Part shown: piece by piece, positions 34,244 to 45,400 of the stretch
Position numbering within the stretch: position 1 is the stretch's first letter
Layout: each line of letters starts with the position of its first letter
NCBI GenBank assembly: GCA_977020255.1
Contig: CDROCS010006366.1
Location: 1-64,000, forward strand
Length of the DNA stretch: 64,000 bases
DNA from: Obrimoposthia wandeli
Taxonomy: Eukaryota
Reading direction: 5' to 3'
Position numbers and translations under genes: made by a program
The notes under the pieces: generated by a model
What the model saw: the letters and a program-made list of their open reading frames with translations, nothing else
Database searches by the model: none
What the model was told of the DNA's origin: nothing

Positions 34244-34891
34244 TTAATTTTTATAATTGTTCTCTATTTGTTTATAAACAGTTACTCCCTTAGAATTAAA
34301 TATGTCTGTTAAAACACGTAAATCATCTGGGCAAGCTTGTGTAAAGTCAATATATATATACCCATGTGCTTGTTTAGCAGCATCGTGGAATGAATCAACT
34401 AGAAAGTTCTTATTTTGAGGAAATGTCTGTCTGGCCACAAAATCAACAACTGTTTGATCTCTAGGATTTTTAAATAAAACTAAGTAATGTACATTAAGAT
34501 TTCTTGTTCTATGGTGACCTCCTTGGTGAAACAGATTTTGAGTGATAAATATAACTGTTACTTCACGATGTCTTGCAATCTTTGTAAATAAAATATTAAA
34601 GTCCGATTCCTTGTTAGCCTCCTCATACAAATCATCAATTATTATTACATCTTCTTTTTTCAATCTTTCACACCAATTTGCATCAAATCCTTCAATAAAT
34701 TGTATACCCTTCAACTTGCAAACTTCTGTTTTGGTTAACCCGCTTTCCCCTCCTCCACCATGATGCCAATAAATATTTTTGAAACAAGATTTGAAAAGAG
34801 ATTCATTTTGCAACAATTTACAGACGAAATGTGTCTTTCCACTTCCACTTGGGCCAACTATTTGAAATACAGCATTATTATTTAGCTCCAT
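34244..34891 (-). CDS. ATPase: Intact packaging ATPase, 215 aa
   Basis: GPSGSGKT, IIIDD, ITQNLF, LNVHYLVLFKNPRD. Confidence 0.93.
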   Translation of the reverse strand: MELNNNAVFQIVGPSGSGKTHFVCKLLQNESLFKSCFKNIYWHHGGGGESGLTKTEVCKLKGIQFIEGFDANWCERLKKEDVIIIDDLYEEANKESDFNILFTKIARHREVTVIFITQNLFHQGGHHRTRNLNVHYLVLFKNPRDQTVVDFVARQTFPQNKNFLVDSFHDAAKQAHGYIYIDFTQACPDDLRVLTDIFNSKGVTVYKQIENNYKN

Positions 34892-34929
34892 TGCATATAC
34901 TCTTTCATTTTTTAATATTGTTTATATTA

Positions 34930-35211
34930 TCATAGAAGTTTCCTTATTGAAATGTACAATGTTAGAGCTATTGTAGATGAAATACAAAAATTAATTAATG
35001 AATATTTGGCTATAATTTTATTTATTTGTGTACGATTTCTAAATTCTCGAATAACGTGTGATCTAACCAATATTTCAATGTTATCTCTTGTTATATCATT
35101 ATTTTTTAATTCTGATAAAATTTCTTTACTCCTAATTTTTCCAGAAAATATTTCGTCGGCAAGACGATCCACTTCATTGTCTCTATTTATAGTATTATTC
35201 ATTTGAAACAA
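34930..35211 (-). CDS. Small orphan protein with a C-terminal hydrophobic segment
   Basis: Intact; one substitution versus copy 1. Confidence 0.65.
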   Translation of the reverse strand: MFQMNNTINRDNEVDRLADEIFSGKIRSKEILSELKNNDITRDNIEILVRSHVIREFRNRTQINKIIAKYSLINFCISSTIALTLYISIRKLL

Positions 35212-35230
35212 TAAGTTTAAACGGGTTTGT

Positions 35231-35730
35231 TTATAGAAAAGATAACATGATATAATAAGATATATTTTCTAAAATCAAATCAACTATGTCTGGATAATCA
35301 AAATTTTTCAATCCCAATATCATAACTTTACCACTGGAAAATATATTTACACATAGCGGTTTAAACTTCAAATAACTGAGAGCAGGAAAAATTTCTGATT
35401 CAAACATGCATTCTTCTTTCATTTTCTCTGCAGTTTTAAAAAGATTTATCTGTTTCCCGAGATTAGCCGAAATCGTGATTGATTGTATTGCAGTGATTTG
35501 AATTCCAAATGGTAAATTGAACCCAAGCATTGGTATTTTGCATCCCATAACACGACAATTTCCTAAAGAATTCAATATGAAAATAAAATAAAAAACTAAC
35601 CTGTAGGAAAAATAACAACTGTGAAATTGTGAAACTTTTCTACATATTGTCTCGGCTTCCATTCATTGAATGGTAAGTACGAAACATCATCTTCTGTTCT
35701 ACCTTTATAATTTATATTTACGAGTTTCAT
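35231..35730 (-). CDS. Intact TBP-like protein, 153 aa, two exons (35730-35601, 35562-35231)
   Basis: 38-nt GT-AG intron; 130+332=462 nt in frame. MKLVNINY...TVVIFPTGNCRVMGCK...IQSITISANLGKQINL...FESEIFPALSY...VNIFSSGKVMILGLK aligns to both TBP repeats. Confidence 0.88.
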
Positions 35731-35979
35731 TAGACTGAAATTGTATTCTGTAAAATCTTCTTTATATATGTCTGAACCTGCTTTTTTATTGCACGTTTCT
35801 TGTAATTATCTTGCAAACCTATTATAATTGGATGATATATTTCTTCCAATCAATTTTGATTTTTAATATAGATTTAGTCCAATCAAATTCAATGCTTTAG
35901 TTATATTAACCAATGAGATTCATGTCTTTGTTAGAAATTAGTATAAAAGAATGCGCCATTGGAGGACAAATCACAGTAA

Positions 35980-36456
35980 ATGCATTCATATCAAAGACAA
36001 TTATCAACAATGGATGATAGCCAACGGGTATTAAGCGATGACGAAGAAATGTTTGAAGAATCGGATAAGGATATGTATGAAGAAGTGAAACAATATTTCA
36101 AATACAAAGTCAGATTCTTGAAGAAGGCTCAACTGATTGCTTTAGTAAATCCTGTGACAATTGAAAGAAGAAAGTTCAGCTACTATCTATCAGGTATTCA
36201 AAAACCTGATTTTCAATATCTGAAACAGAAAATAGAAAAGGCAGTTCCGAATTTTACTTTCAATAAGAACGAATTTTATATCCGAGGAGCTGATGAAGCA
36301 TTTCTAGATGACTATGGAAGATATGTTGATATTGATGCGTTTCCGAAAAAGAAGCAATGGACTGTAACAATTCGACTTTATGGTTACAAGAAAGATGAAA
36401 TGGGAACAAAGTTGCCTATGTGGAAAATTGAATGTGCTCATATTTCTATATTTTAA
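35980..36456 (+). CDS. Orphan ORF-B, 158 aa (paralogue of ORF-A)
   Basis: Intact; TATAAAAG about 38 nt upstream. Confidence 0.8.
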   Translation: MHSYQRQLSTMDDSQRVLSDDEEMFEESDKDMYEEVKQYFKYKVRFLKKAQLIALVNPVTIERRKFSYYLSGIQKPDFQYLKQKIEKAVPNFTFNKNEFYIRGADEAFLDDYGRYVDIDAFPKKKQWTVTIRLYGYKKDEMGTKLPMWKIECAHISIF

Positions 36457-36589
36457 CTTTTGTGTGTAATAAATTGTAATCGGTTTTACTATGTTTCTTT
36501 CATTTAATAATCAGTTTTATTTGTATATTATTTGAATCTTATGTGTATTTTTTATAAACATTGTTTTTAATCAGTTTCCTTATTTTAGA

Positions 36590-36994
36590 ATGGATAAGAG
36601 ATGTGTAGCAAATTTTTATTATTCAGAAATAATTTCAAAAGGAAAACTATATAATATATTAAAGAGGCATCAAATTATACGAATTATGAATCCTGTGAAA
36701 ATATCAAAAGTGGAGAAAAAATATCTCATCGAAATTTTAACAACAACTGATTTTGATGAACTGAAAAATATTTTGCGATTTTACATTCCTGATTATGTAT
36801 ATGATGGAAATTGTTTCGAGCTTGAAACTGATCCCAGTCTGGATTTTAAAGATGATCTAGGATATTTGATTGCTCCAATTCTAGATGAAGAACTATGGAA
36901 TATCTCAATACGTCTGAATGGATATTTTGCTGATGACGGGAAAATGCAGCCTCTCTGGACTTTGAGTGAAGCCAATATGTTGTTTTATGTTTAA
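36590..36994 (+). CDS. Orphan ORF-A, 134 aa (paralogue of ORF-B)
   Basis: Intact; TATAAACA at 36553. Confidence 0.8.
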   Translation: MDKRCVANFYYSEIISKGKLYNILKRHQIIRIMNPVKISKVEKKYLIEILTTTDFDELKNILRFYIPDYVYDGNCFELETDPSLDFKDDLGYLIAPILDEELWNISIRLNGYFADDGKMQPLWTLSEANMLFYV

Positions 36995-37249
36995 TAAATA
37001 TTTTGAAAAATAATTTTGTCTCGTATTTTGTTTTTGCTCCTCTAAATTATATAGATCTGACCGATTTTTCTCCTCTAAATTCTAAAACTGACATAGATAT
37101 TTAACATGTAGTAATTTATTAATCTAAAATCTTTCTTAAAAATAGTAGTAATATTTGAAATCTCGTCTGTGAAAAGCCGTCGGGGTCAATATGGATTCTC
37201 GTGGTCTTCTCTAACCACTTTGGAGATTCATGGTAAAAGTTTAACAAAT

Positions 37250-37443
37250 ATGTGGGGGGTACCCCTTCCTTCCCCCCCCTTTGGGTGGAATGGAGACACA
37301 CATACACGAAATTTCACTCCTCACACCTACACGAAATTTCACTCCACACACCTACACAAAATTTCACTCCACACACCTACACGGTTTTAAAGAACAAGGG
37401 GGGCGGGAGGGGGTGTGGATTAGACCGGACACATCCACATACT
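37250..37443. repeat. Terminal repeat of copy 2 with three direct 25-bp units
   Basis: AAATTTCACTCCACACACCTACACG x3 (about 37309-37383), then the shared outer terminus. Confidence 0.85.
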
Positions 37444-38280
37444 GCAGTTAAAATTAGTTAGGCAGAAAAATCGATAGAGGATGCAGTCATTTCTTCTGTG
37501 TTATCTTCTACTTCGCGGGTACTTTTCCTACCGCGAAGCACAAGATAAAACTGGATATCACTGACAAAATCGCTGTTCGACTTAGGCAGTTCGATAAATT
37601 GATTTAAATTTAAATTGGAATATTTTTATTCCCAACACATACATGTCGTGAAAAACAAACTCGAAAGAGAGTCCATCCGTTCAATTACGTACAGCCCTGT
37701 TGTGAAAAATCATGATTACCAAGACAATGAGTGGGTTGTGGTAAAGTATGATGAGAAAAAGTATCGCGGAATAGTAAGAAGTGTTGAGGAGGGTGAAGTT
37801 GAAGTGAGTGTGATGATTGAATGGCTGTTTCAAATGGACCAATAGAGAGGACAAAGTCTTCTACACAGTGGACAACGTTCGCAAGACTCTAGCTCCTGTA
37901 CCAGCAGGCTCTCGATCTTTCCGCTTTGATGACTGAAATATATTCATTTTGTAATATGGCTGAGGTTGTGTAAGCCATGTTTTGTAAATTTTAAAAATAT
38001 ACGTTTTCTACAACAACTATTTAGTTTTGATTTACAAGGGTATATTTAATTTCACAAACGTTACTACTAATGTCACGTAACTGACCATCGTCAGCTTATT
38101 GACCAATGTCACGTAACTGACATATCTGGTACTATAAGTTATAATTCATTATGAACTTTCATATTGCATATTATGTTTACTTATATTGTAATAACATTGA
38201 AAAAAAATGTATGTTCATTTAAATTGCATACGTACTTTATAATATAATAAAATGTCATTTTCTGTCCCGTAACTGACATT
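37444..38280 (+). mobile_element. 3' part of the same decayed DNA transposon
   Basis: AVKIS*AEKSIEDA followed by NEWVVVKYDEKKYRGIV...EVSVM (Tudor-like tail seen in such transposases); GTCACGTAACTGAC repeats at 38072, 38108 and 38264 match 23971. Confidence 0.6.
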
Positions 38281-40944
38281 GAAAACAGTTTCAAATAACT
38301 GTCTGATATTTCGATAATGCGTTTTTTTTCGTAGAAAGTTAAACTACAATATGTTCATTCTAGAGTCATTGGCCGAAGCCTTCTAAAAGACTTGGTTTGA
38401 AAGTTACGTTTTTCGTATCAGTTGAAGCCTATGCAAGTTCATCATAAATACAAATATTAAATTATGTAACTATATACTTAATTTTGCGTATCATAGACTA
38501 ACATGAATTTGTAATTCATTTAAAATTCAATCAGAACCTAAGATTATGAACATTTTCCTTCATATATAAAGTATAGTTTCGATCTAAATATTGATTTAAT
38601 TTTTTTTTGGAAAAATTGATTCTCTGAATGGAATGGTTTTACGCGATTCTTATTGAAAACTATTTTAAACAGTCAGCCTTTTTACAGCCATTTGACTTAG
38701 TTTCCACTACTCTGAGTTTTATCAGTGGTAGAATTTCTGGTCACCTACTCTTTTAACTTTACTTTTCTATAGGTTATATATTTTTAAAGTAGTTAGAGAT
38801 GTGGTGCTTTCATCATCATGCATTATTGAATGAATTATTCTACAAATGTGCATGTTTGAATATTCGAGTGCGGCAGTCGAAATAGAAAGTTGAATAAGCG
38901 TTTGTCTTGTTCTCTACATTGGGGCCTGACAGCGAAGTTTACTTCGGCTAACCTCCACGTCCTTGATGGATAAGAGACTGCGAGCTACATCCAAGGAGCT
39001 GCAGCATCAGCAAGAAAACAGGTCGACTCAGACTATCTGACAGTTGACCCGATCTGCCTAATCAAACTGGTCGACTCGCTGACCACGACCTGATCAGGCA
39101 GCTCAAAGTCGACTCGTATGTTAGGTAGTTCTTATGATGATCGCTGATGATGTTGTTGGTGAACAACAACATGACAACCGTTGATTATATGCTTGGCTGT
39201 CTCTAAATAGCCACCCATCCAGTTCTGAGACACTATCCACTCCGAGGAGCTGCAACAATAACCCACACAAGTTTTGCCAATATTTCTTCCATTTTGGCAA
39301 ATACTTTAAAACAATGAATAAAATTGAATAATTTGCTTCTCTTTAAATTTGTTTAAAATATTAAATTGAGTGATATTTGTAGGATATCGAATTGATACAA
39401 GTAAAATAAATTCGTGAAGCACTTATATGTTGATGAAAATGCAACAAAATCAGTTTCCCCAACAAGCTAGTGAAATTTTTACAATTATCATAATTTTTCT
39501 TCCTTTCATTTTTATTGTATTTTTATCTCTCTGAATCTCTGATGAAATTCTTGGAACAAAACAATTGCACGAATACTTTCTTCTCGATAACGATAAAATT
39601 CTCTTTGAACATTGGGATTAAATTTTATTTTTTACTTTCCAAATCCCAATTTCTTTGGAAATATTCGCCACTGCAGATAAGCCCAGAAGCATATCACATG
39701 ATCTGCATTTTCAGTTCGTTTTCCATATCAGCTTTTGAAAGTTTAATTGAAAACTTTTCATCTCGATAACTTGTAAATAGCATGACGACGCTACAACGCA
39801 GCGGCCCAACAAATTTGTCGGGTTCTCGTTGGTAGTTATTTTTAGATTCATGGACTGTAAGACTTTTAGACATTTTAAATAAATAATAAAATGGATAGTT
39901 ATAGGTATTTTTCTCTTTAATTTAGGAGGGTTGAAAATAAATTTATTTCAAAGAAGTCGAGATCAGGCGGGAAAATACTCTTAGATGCATATTTACAAAT
40001 ATCAGATCAAAAGCAAGTCTTAGACCAAAATTGACTAGTACAAATGAAACAACGGATAATTTGTCAGAAAATCATTGAAAAATAGTACCATTTGAAGGGA
40101 GGAAGAGAGTTTTGAAATAGAGTTTCAGATGGTTACTTTAAATAGTCCATTTTTAATTATTTGGAATTCGAAATTTGCACAGAAAACATAGCATACATGT
40201 TAATACGATAAATAATTAATGTAACCGTGTTTCTTTGTTGAAACGGAGAAACCAAAAACAAACGGCAAGACTTCTTGAAAAGAGAGATCCAAAAACCAAA
40301 CAGCGTATTATTAATTTTAAAATCAAATTGCTGAATCAAATAGTAATTGGGAAAGTTTACTAAATAATAGTCTTTTAATTTGTCAGATAATTGGGGAAAG
40401 TGATAATCCCAAAAATATAATATACCACCAAAATCTGCAAACAATGCAGTTAAATAGTCTGCATTCCGATCGATCCCAACAACCAGGGAGATGTCGACAC
40501 AGCCCACAGCGACCGTCGGTATGATGTGAGGAAGCATGGAGATTTTCAACCGTACTGTTGTTGAAGGAGTGGTACATCAGCTGGTAGACCGCGGGTACGA
40601 AGAGGCCTGGAGAGAGGAGCGGGCTTTGGCAGGTGCAGGGATGTCAGAGCGGCTGGATAAGCGGTAGTCAGTACAGAAAAATTAAAATGCCAAAGTGCAT
40701 TCGTCAATCATTCGATTGCAGCTGTCCAGAAGAATAACTGCACACACACACCTGCATAGAAACAGACTATATAAGTCTCAAATCAAACGTGCAACAAGAC
40801 AGCACACAACCCCCAAAAAAGAGAAGAATCCATATTGCACCAGGAGAAGAAATAGACGAGACGAATCAAAGGTAAGAGGAGAAAAAAACATCGTCACCAA
40901 GTTAACACAATACGCGCAGGTCTTGCAGCTCAATCTCATAAGTT

Positions 40945-41585
40945 GCCCGCTGCTCAATTCACAGTTGCAGCCAAGCTCTCGAATTCGCCGCTGCTCAATC
41001 CACAGTTGCAGCCAAGCTCTCGAATTCGCCGCTGCTCAATCCACAGTTGCAGCCAAGCTCTCGAATTCGCCGCTGCTCAATTCACAGTCGCAGCCAAGCT
41101 CTCGAATTCGCCGCTGCTCAATCCACAGTTGCAGCCAAGCTCTCGAATTCGCCGCTGCTCAATTCACAGTTGCAGCCAAGCTCTCAACTTTGCCGCTGCT
41201 CAATTCACAGTTGCAGCCAAGCTCTCGAATTCGCCGCTGCTCAATCCACAGTTGCAGCCAAGCTCTCGAATTCGCCGCTGCTCAATCCACAGTTGCAGCC
41301 AAGCTCTCGAATTCGCCGCTGCTCAATTCACAGTTGCAGCCAAGCTCTCAACTTCGCCGCTGCTCAATCCACAGTTGCAGCCAAGCTCTCGAATTCGCCG
41401 CTGCTCAATTCACAGTTGCAGCCAAGCTCTCGAATTCGCCGCTGCTCAATCCACAGTTGCAGCCAAGCTCTCGAATTCGCCGCTGCTCAATTCACAGTCG
41501 CAGCCAAGCTCTCGAATTCGCCGCTGCTCAATTCACAGTTGCAGCCCAAGCTCTCAAATTCGCCGTTGTTCAATTCCACGGTTGC
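40945..41585. repeat. 41-bp GC-rich minisatellite, about 15 units
   Basis: ACAGTTGCAGCCAAGCTCTCGAATTCGCCGCTGCTCAATYC, period 41. Confidence 0.95.
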
Positions 41586-41701
41586 TGTCCAGTAGTTCTT
41601 TCCGCCTCACCAGTTCAGGAGATTAAGCAGGAAGGAGGATTCATAAACCAGTAAAAAAATTAAAGGTATAATTACCCACGAATTTGACTAGTGTAAGTGG
41701 A

Positions 41702-42445
41702 GTTGTGAATTATAAATCGAAGGAAATTTTGTAAACAAATATTTGATATTTTTTGAGTTATAAATCGGAGGAAATTTTGTAAACAAATATTTGATATTTT
41801 GTGAGTTATAAATCAAAGGAAATTTTGTAAACAAATATTTGATATTTTGAATTGTGAGTTATAAATCGAAGGAAATTTTGTAAACAAATATTTGATATTT
41901 TTTGAGTTATAAATCGAAGGAAATTTTGTAAACAAATATTTGATATTTTGAATTGTGAGTTATAAATCGAAGGAAATTTTGTAAACAAATATTTGATATT
42001 TTTTGAGTTATAAATCGGAGGAAATTTTGTAAACAAATATTTGATATTTTGTGAGTTATAAATCAAAGGAAATTTTGTAAACAAATATTTGATATTTTGA
42101 ATTGTGAGTTATAAATCGAGGGAAATTTTGTAAACAAATATTTGATATTTTGTGAGTTATAAATCAAAGGAAATTTTGTAAACAAATATTTGATATTTTG
42201 AATTGTGAGTTATAAATCAAAGGAAATTTTGTAAACAAATATTTGATATTTTGAATTGTGAGTTATAAATCGAAGGAAATTTTGTAAACAAATATTTGAT
42301 ATTTTAAATTGTGAGTTATAAATCGAAAGAAATTTTGTAAACAAATAATTGATATTTGGAATTTTGAGTTGCAAATCGAAAGAAATTTTGTAACATTTGA
42401 TATTTTGAATTGTGAATTATAAATCGAAAAGAAACTTTGAATTAT
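41702..42445. repeat. AT-rich minisatellite of mixed 48- and 53-bp units, about 15 units
   Basis: TATAAATC anchors at 41711, 41759, 41807, 41860, 41908, 41961, 42009, 42057, 42110, 42158, 42211, 42264, 42317. Confidence 0.95.
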
Positions 42446-45400
42446 AAAATAATCTGTTTTATCAAAAAGATCTAAACTACCCATAATTTTGAACGACCAG
42501 CTATAAATTCGTTCCCTATATTAGAGCAACCAGCTCTTCAAAATCTGTGCCCTGAGTTTATTCACAAGTTAGAGTAAAGACTCAAATAAGCTAACCGACC
42601 TTAACGTAAAATCGATACGTGGTTCATCCCCACTTGTGTAGAGACTTACAGAAGTCTTAGGAATTTTTACTGTAACTTTTTAGAGAATACGTACGTAAAC
42701 GTATTGTTGTGTTAAATCTAGTGTGTTAACAATAAACGATTTCCTACATTAGAAAGCATTGTTTTAAACCCTTCAGATTAAGAGACATCAAAACAAACAC
42801 CTTCAGATAAGCATTTGAGACAGGCAACCATAACATTAAGTAGGCCACGACCATTTTTAAGACCTGCTTCTATTCGAACTCACGTTGGGGCCCTCCGCAC
42901 ACAAGAGGATCTATACAAGTTTCGTATAGAAACCCCAACATATTTGAAGAGTTTATTTCCAGGCTTTATCCCGAAGAAGGCTTCATAAATATATCTGCCA
43001 ATTCTTGAATAGGGGGTGGAGTAATTTGCCTCTGCATAATGCAAAATTCGTCAGACGTCGTTGTTGACAGCGATTGTAAGTAGCGAGCTTTGTTGTGAAC
43101 TAATCAACCCTCGGTCCAAATCTCTGAAACCTCTTGGACAATTTTAATCTCCAATTCACCATCACGATAAGCTTGTAAGACACAAAGCGGTTCTTTTGGA
43201 TTTTAGACAGAATATTCCCAACTCAAGGCCGCGAAATCAGGTATCAAAGTTGATGAAATACTTATTAGAACTTGAAAGTTTTGCAGAATATATCAGATGT
43301 GTAGTTGATTCAACACTCTTACCATGGATGCACAAATAGAGAAAACAGTAAAGACTGAATGAACTAAGAATTGCTTTTAAATACTCCAAAATGTTGCTCA
43401 AAAACGCTGCTCATTACAAAAATGTGAAGTATTACTAATAAACGAGAGATCTTGGTAGGCTTAATACAAAGCTGTATAGCACACTGTTGAAATAATTTCG
43501 TGAAATTAAAATATACGAAACTTCTTGGTGCACGTTAAATCACTTTTTAGCAAGTGTTATCAGTGACTTGATAAATTATAAGAAGATGGCTTGCTCGAGT
43601 AACAGTGTGTGCAGATGTTAGATTTATGCTTATTTACTGACTATCGATTCTATTATTTCATATCACTTAAATAAAAGAATCGGACTTTTTATAAACTAAG
43701 CTTGATGGTTTTCTCATGTTCAATACCAAAGACTGGTAAACGTATATTCCACTGGAGGAAGAACATCAGATTGCAGTACTGGCTATTTCTGTGTGGTCGG
43801 TATCCGGGGTACCCAGTGGGTCTGTATCTGCGTACACTGCTTCCCCACACGATAGCAAGATGATCTGCCGCGATAGAGACTGCAAGTCCGGATGTGACTG
43901 TTTATCCGCTCATCTGAACCTCGCTGACCCTCACGCCCATTTCCGGCCCCATCTTCCACTGTCCCCGCACACTGCCATTTCCACCACTGCCAGGGAGAGA
44001 GGCCATCGGGCATCTCCCCAGATCCTTGGCAGTAGGTAGATATCTCGGTCTAGACATATCCACAAGCGACTTCCTGGCTAACAAACCTGGTTGAATCACT
44101 TGCTGCTCCCTGACACATGATTTCCATTCCCCTACACTGGACAACGGGTTTGATTGAAATTTAAATTGTCATTTTGCACAATTATTTATTAATATTATTA
44201 TCGTATTAACATAAAATATTAGATACTTAAATTTTGACCGTACTTAATATGACAAACTTTATCCCATTGTTGTTTTGTATTAGTAAGTTCTTTTATTAAG
44301 TATTTCTAATTTTGATATTTCTCTATATTATTTCTAATAATTATTTGTTTTACTACATAAAATCCGCGCAATAATTGTAAACATATTTATTCTAAATGAC
44401 AAAGACGCCTAAATAAATAAGTAAGATAAGATAAGTAAATGTTGATCAAAGTAACATTTTGCACCCGAACAAAGGATTACAATAAAACATTTGCACTTAC
44501 TAACACTGTAAATCTAAAGAGATATTCTCTTTAAAGTACGGAATGAACATATTTTGACCTATAATATATTTAGTTTTCCTAATTATTATCCGGGTTCAAC
44601 GACTGAGTTAGATTCCATTTGTCTTATTCGGAGCCGTCGGTGGCGCATGGATATCTGTGTTCCTCCACCGCTCCAAAAATTATCGTTATGTTGAGTCTTT
44701 TTACAAAGCTTAAAAGTCTACTTCGTAATTCTGGGCAATTGCGATTTCTGATTTTGCAGTCCTGCTATCTTCTTCTTTACATTCTTCCAAATGTATTCCT
44801 GTAACCGTTGTCGCTCTCGAGTTGAGCAGAGCCAATAGACGCAACGATTGTGTTTTGAATATAGACGAATCGCCAACTGCTAAAACAATCACCCAAAGAC
44901 AAAGTTTAAATAATTTATTTACATAGCTTATTATATATGAAGGTCTCGCCAATCGCATTAGAGTGATGCGACCGACAAGGTTATCATACAAGACATAGAG
45001 AAAATTAGGACTTCCCAATCGAATTTTACCATGCTCCAGAGATAAACAGTCGAAGGGGTATGCTGGAGTGAGTCGTGAGGTCTCCAAACGACTCAAATAT
45101 CTATGAAATCTATTTAAAATCATTTTCTTGATCGACCTTCTTGACCCCACTCGGTTCTGGCTCGGGACTATTCGGTACCGACTGGATTGTGGCGCTTAGA
45201 GAATAAAATCTGTGTTGTGGTCGTTGCTCCATGTCGCGGGGATGTCCGGGGTTTCTTCGTCCTGGCTCGATTTCTCATCGAAGAGGTACACCCCTGGACT
45301 CGTGATCTCTCCTGGCTCCAGATCTACTGAACTCCCAGACTGAATGGGAACGGGAAAACTAATAAATTGTGGTTGAAAATATAAATGAAAGCAAGTGATA

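Larger units (their letters stand above)
26334..37443. mobile_element. Polinton/Maverick element, copy 2 (inverted relative to copy 1, truncated inside pPolB)
   Basis: Reverse-complement match of 26334-37065 to copy-1 14194-3062. Terminus ...ATCCACATACT at 37443 matches the copy-1 right end. Confidence 0.95.

Noticed and set aside
4886-35206. Short antisense ORFs shared by copies 1 and 2 (e.g. 4886-5140, 5328-5549, 7050-7247, 12786-13019 and their copy-2 mirrors)
   Set aside because: They are shadows of real genes; conservation is explained by near-identity of the copies.
40695-41654. 319/227/182-aa ORFs as genes
   Set aside because: Produced by a stop-free 41-bp tandem repeat; no domain signal.
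42850-43330. Possible HECT-like remnant on the - strand (GGPQREF)
   Set aside because: Only one short motif amid many stops; needs a profile search.
44710-45150. 146-aa ORF as a gene
   Set aside because: Non-ATG start, no recognisable motif, no homologue in the window.
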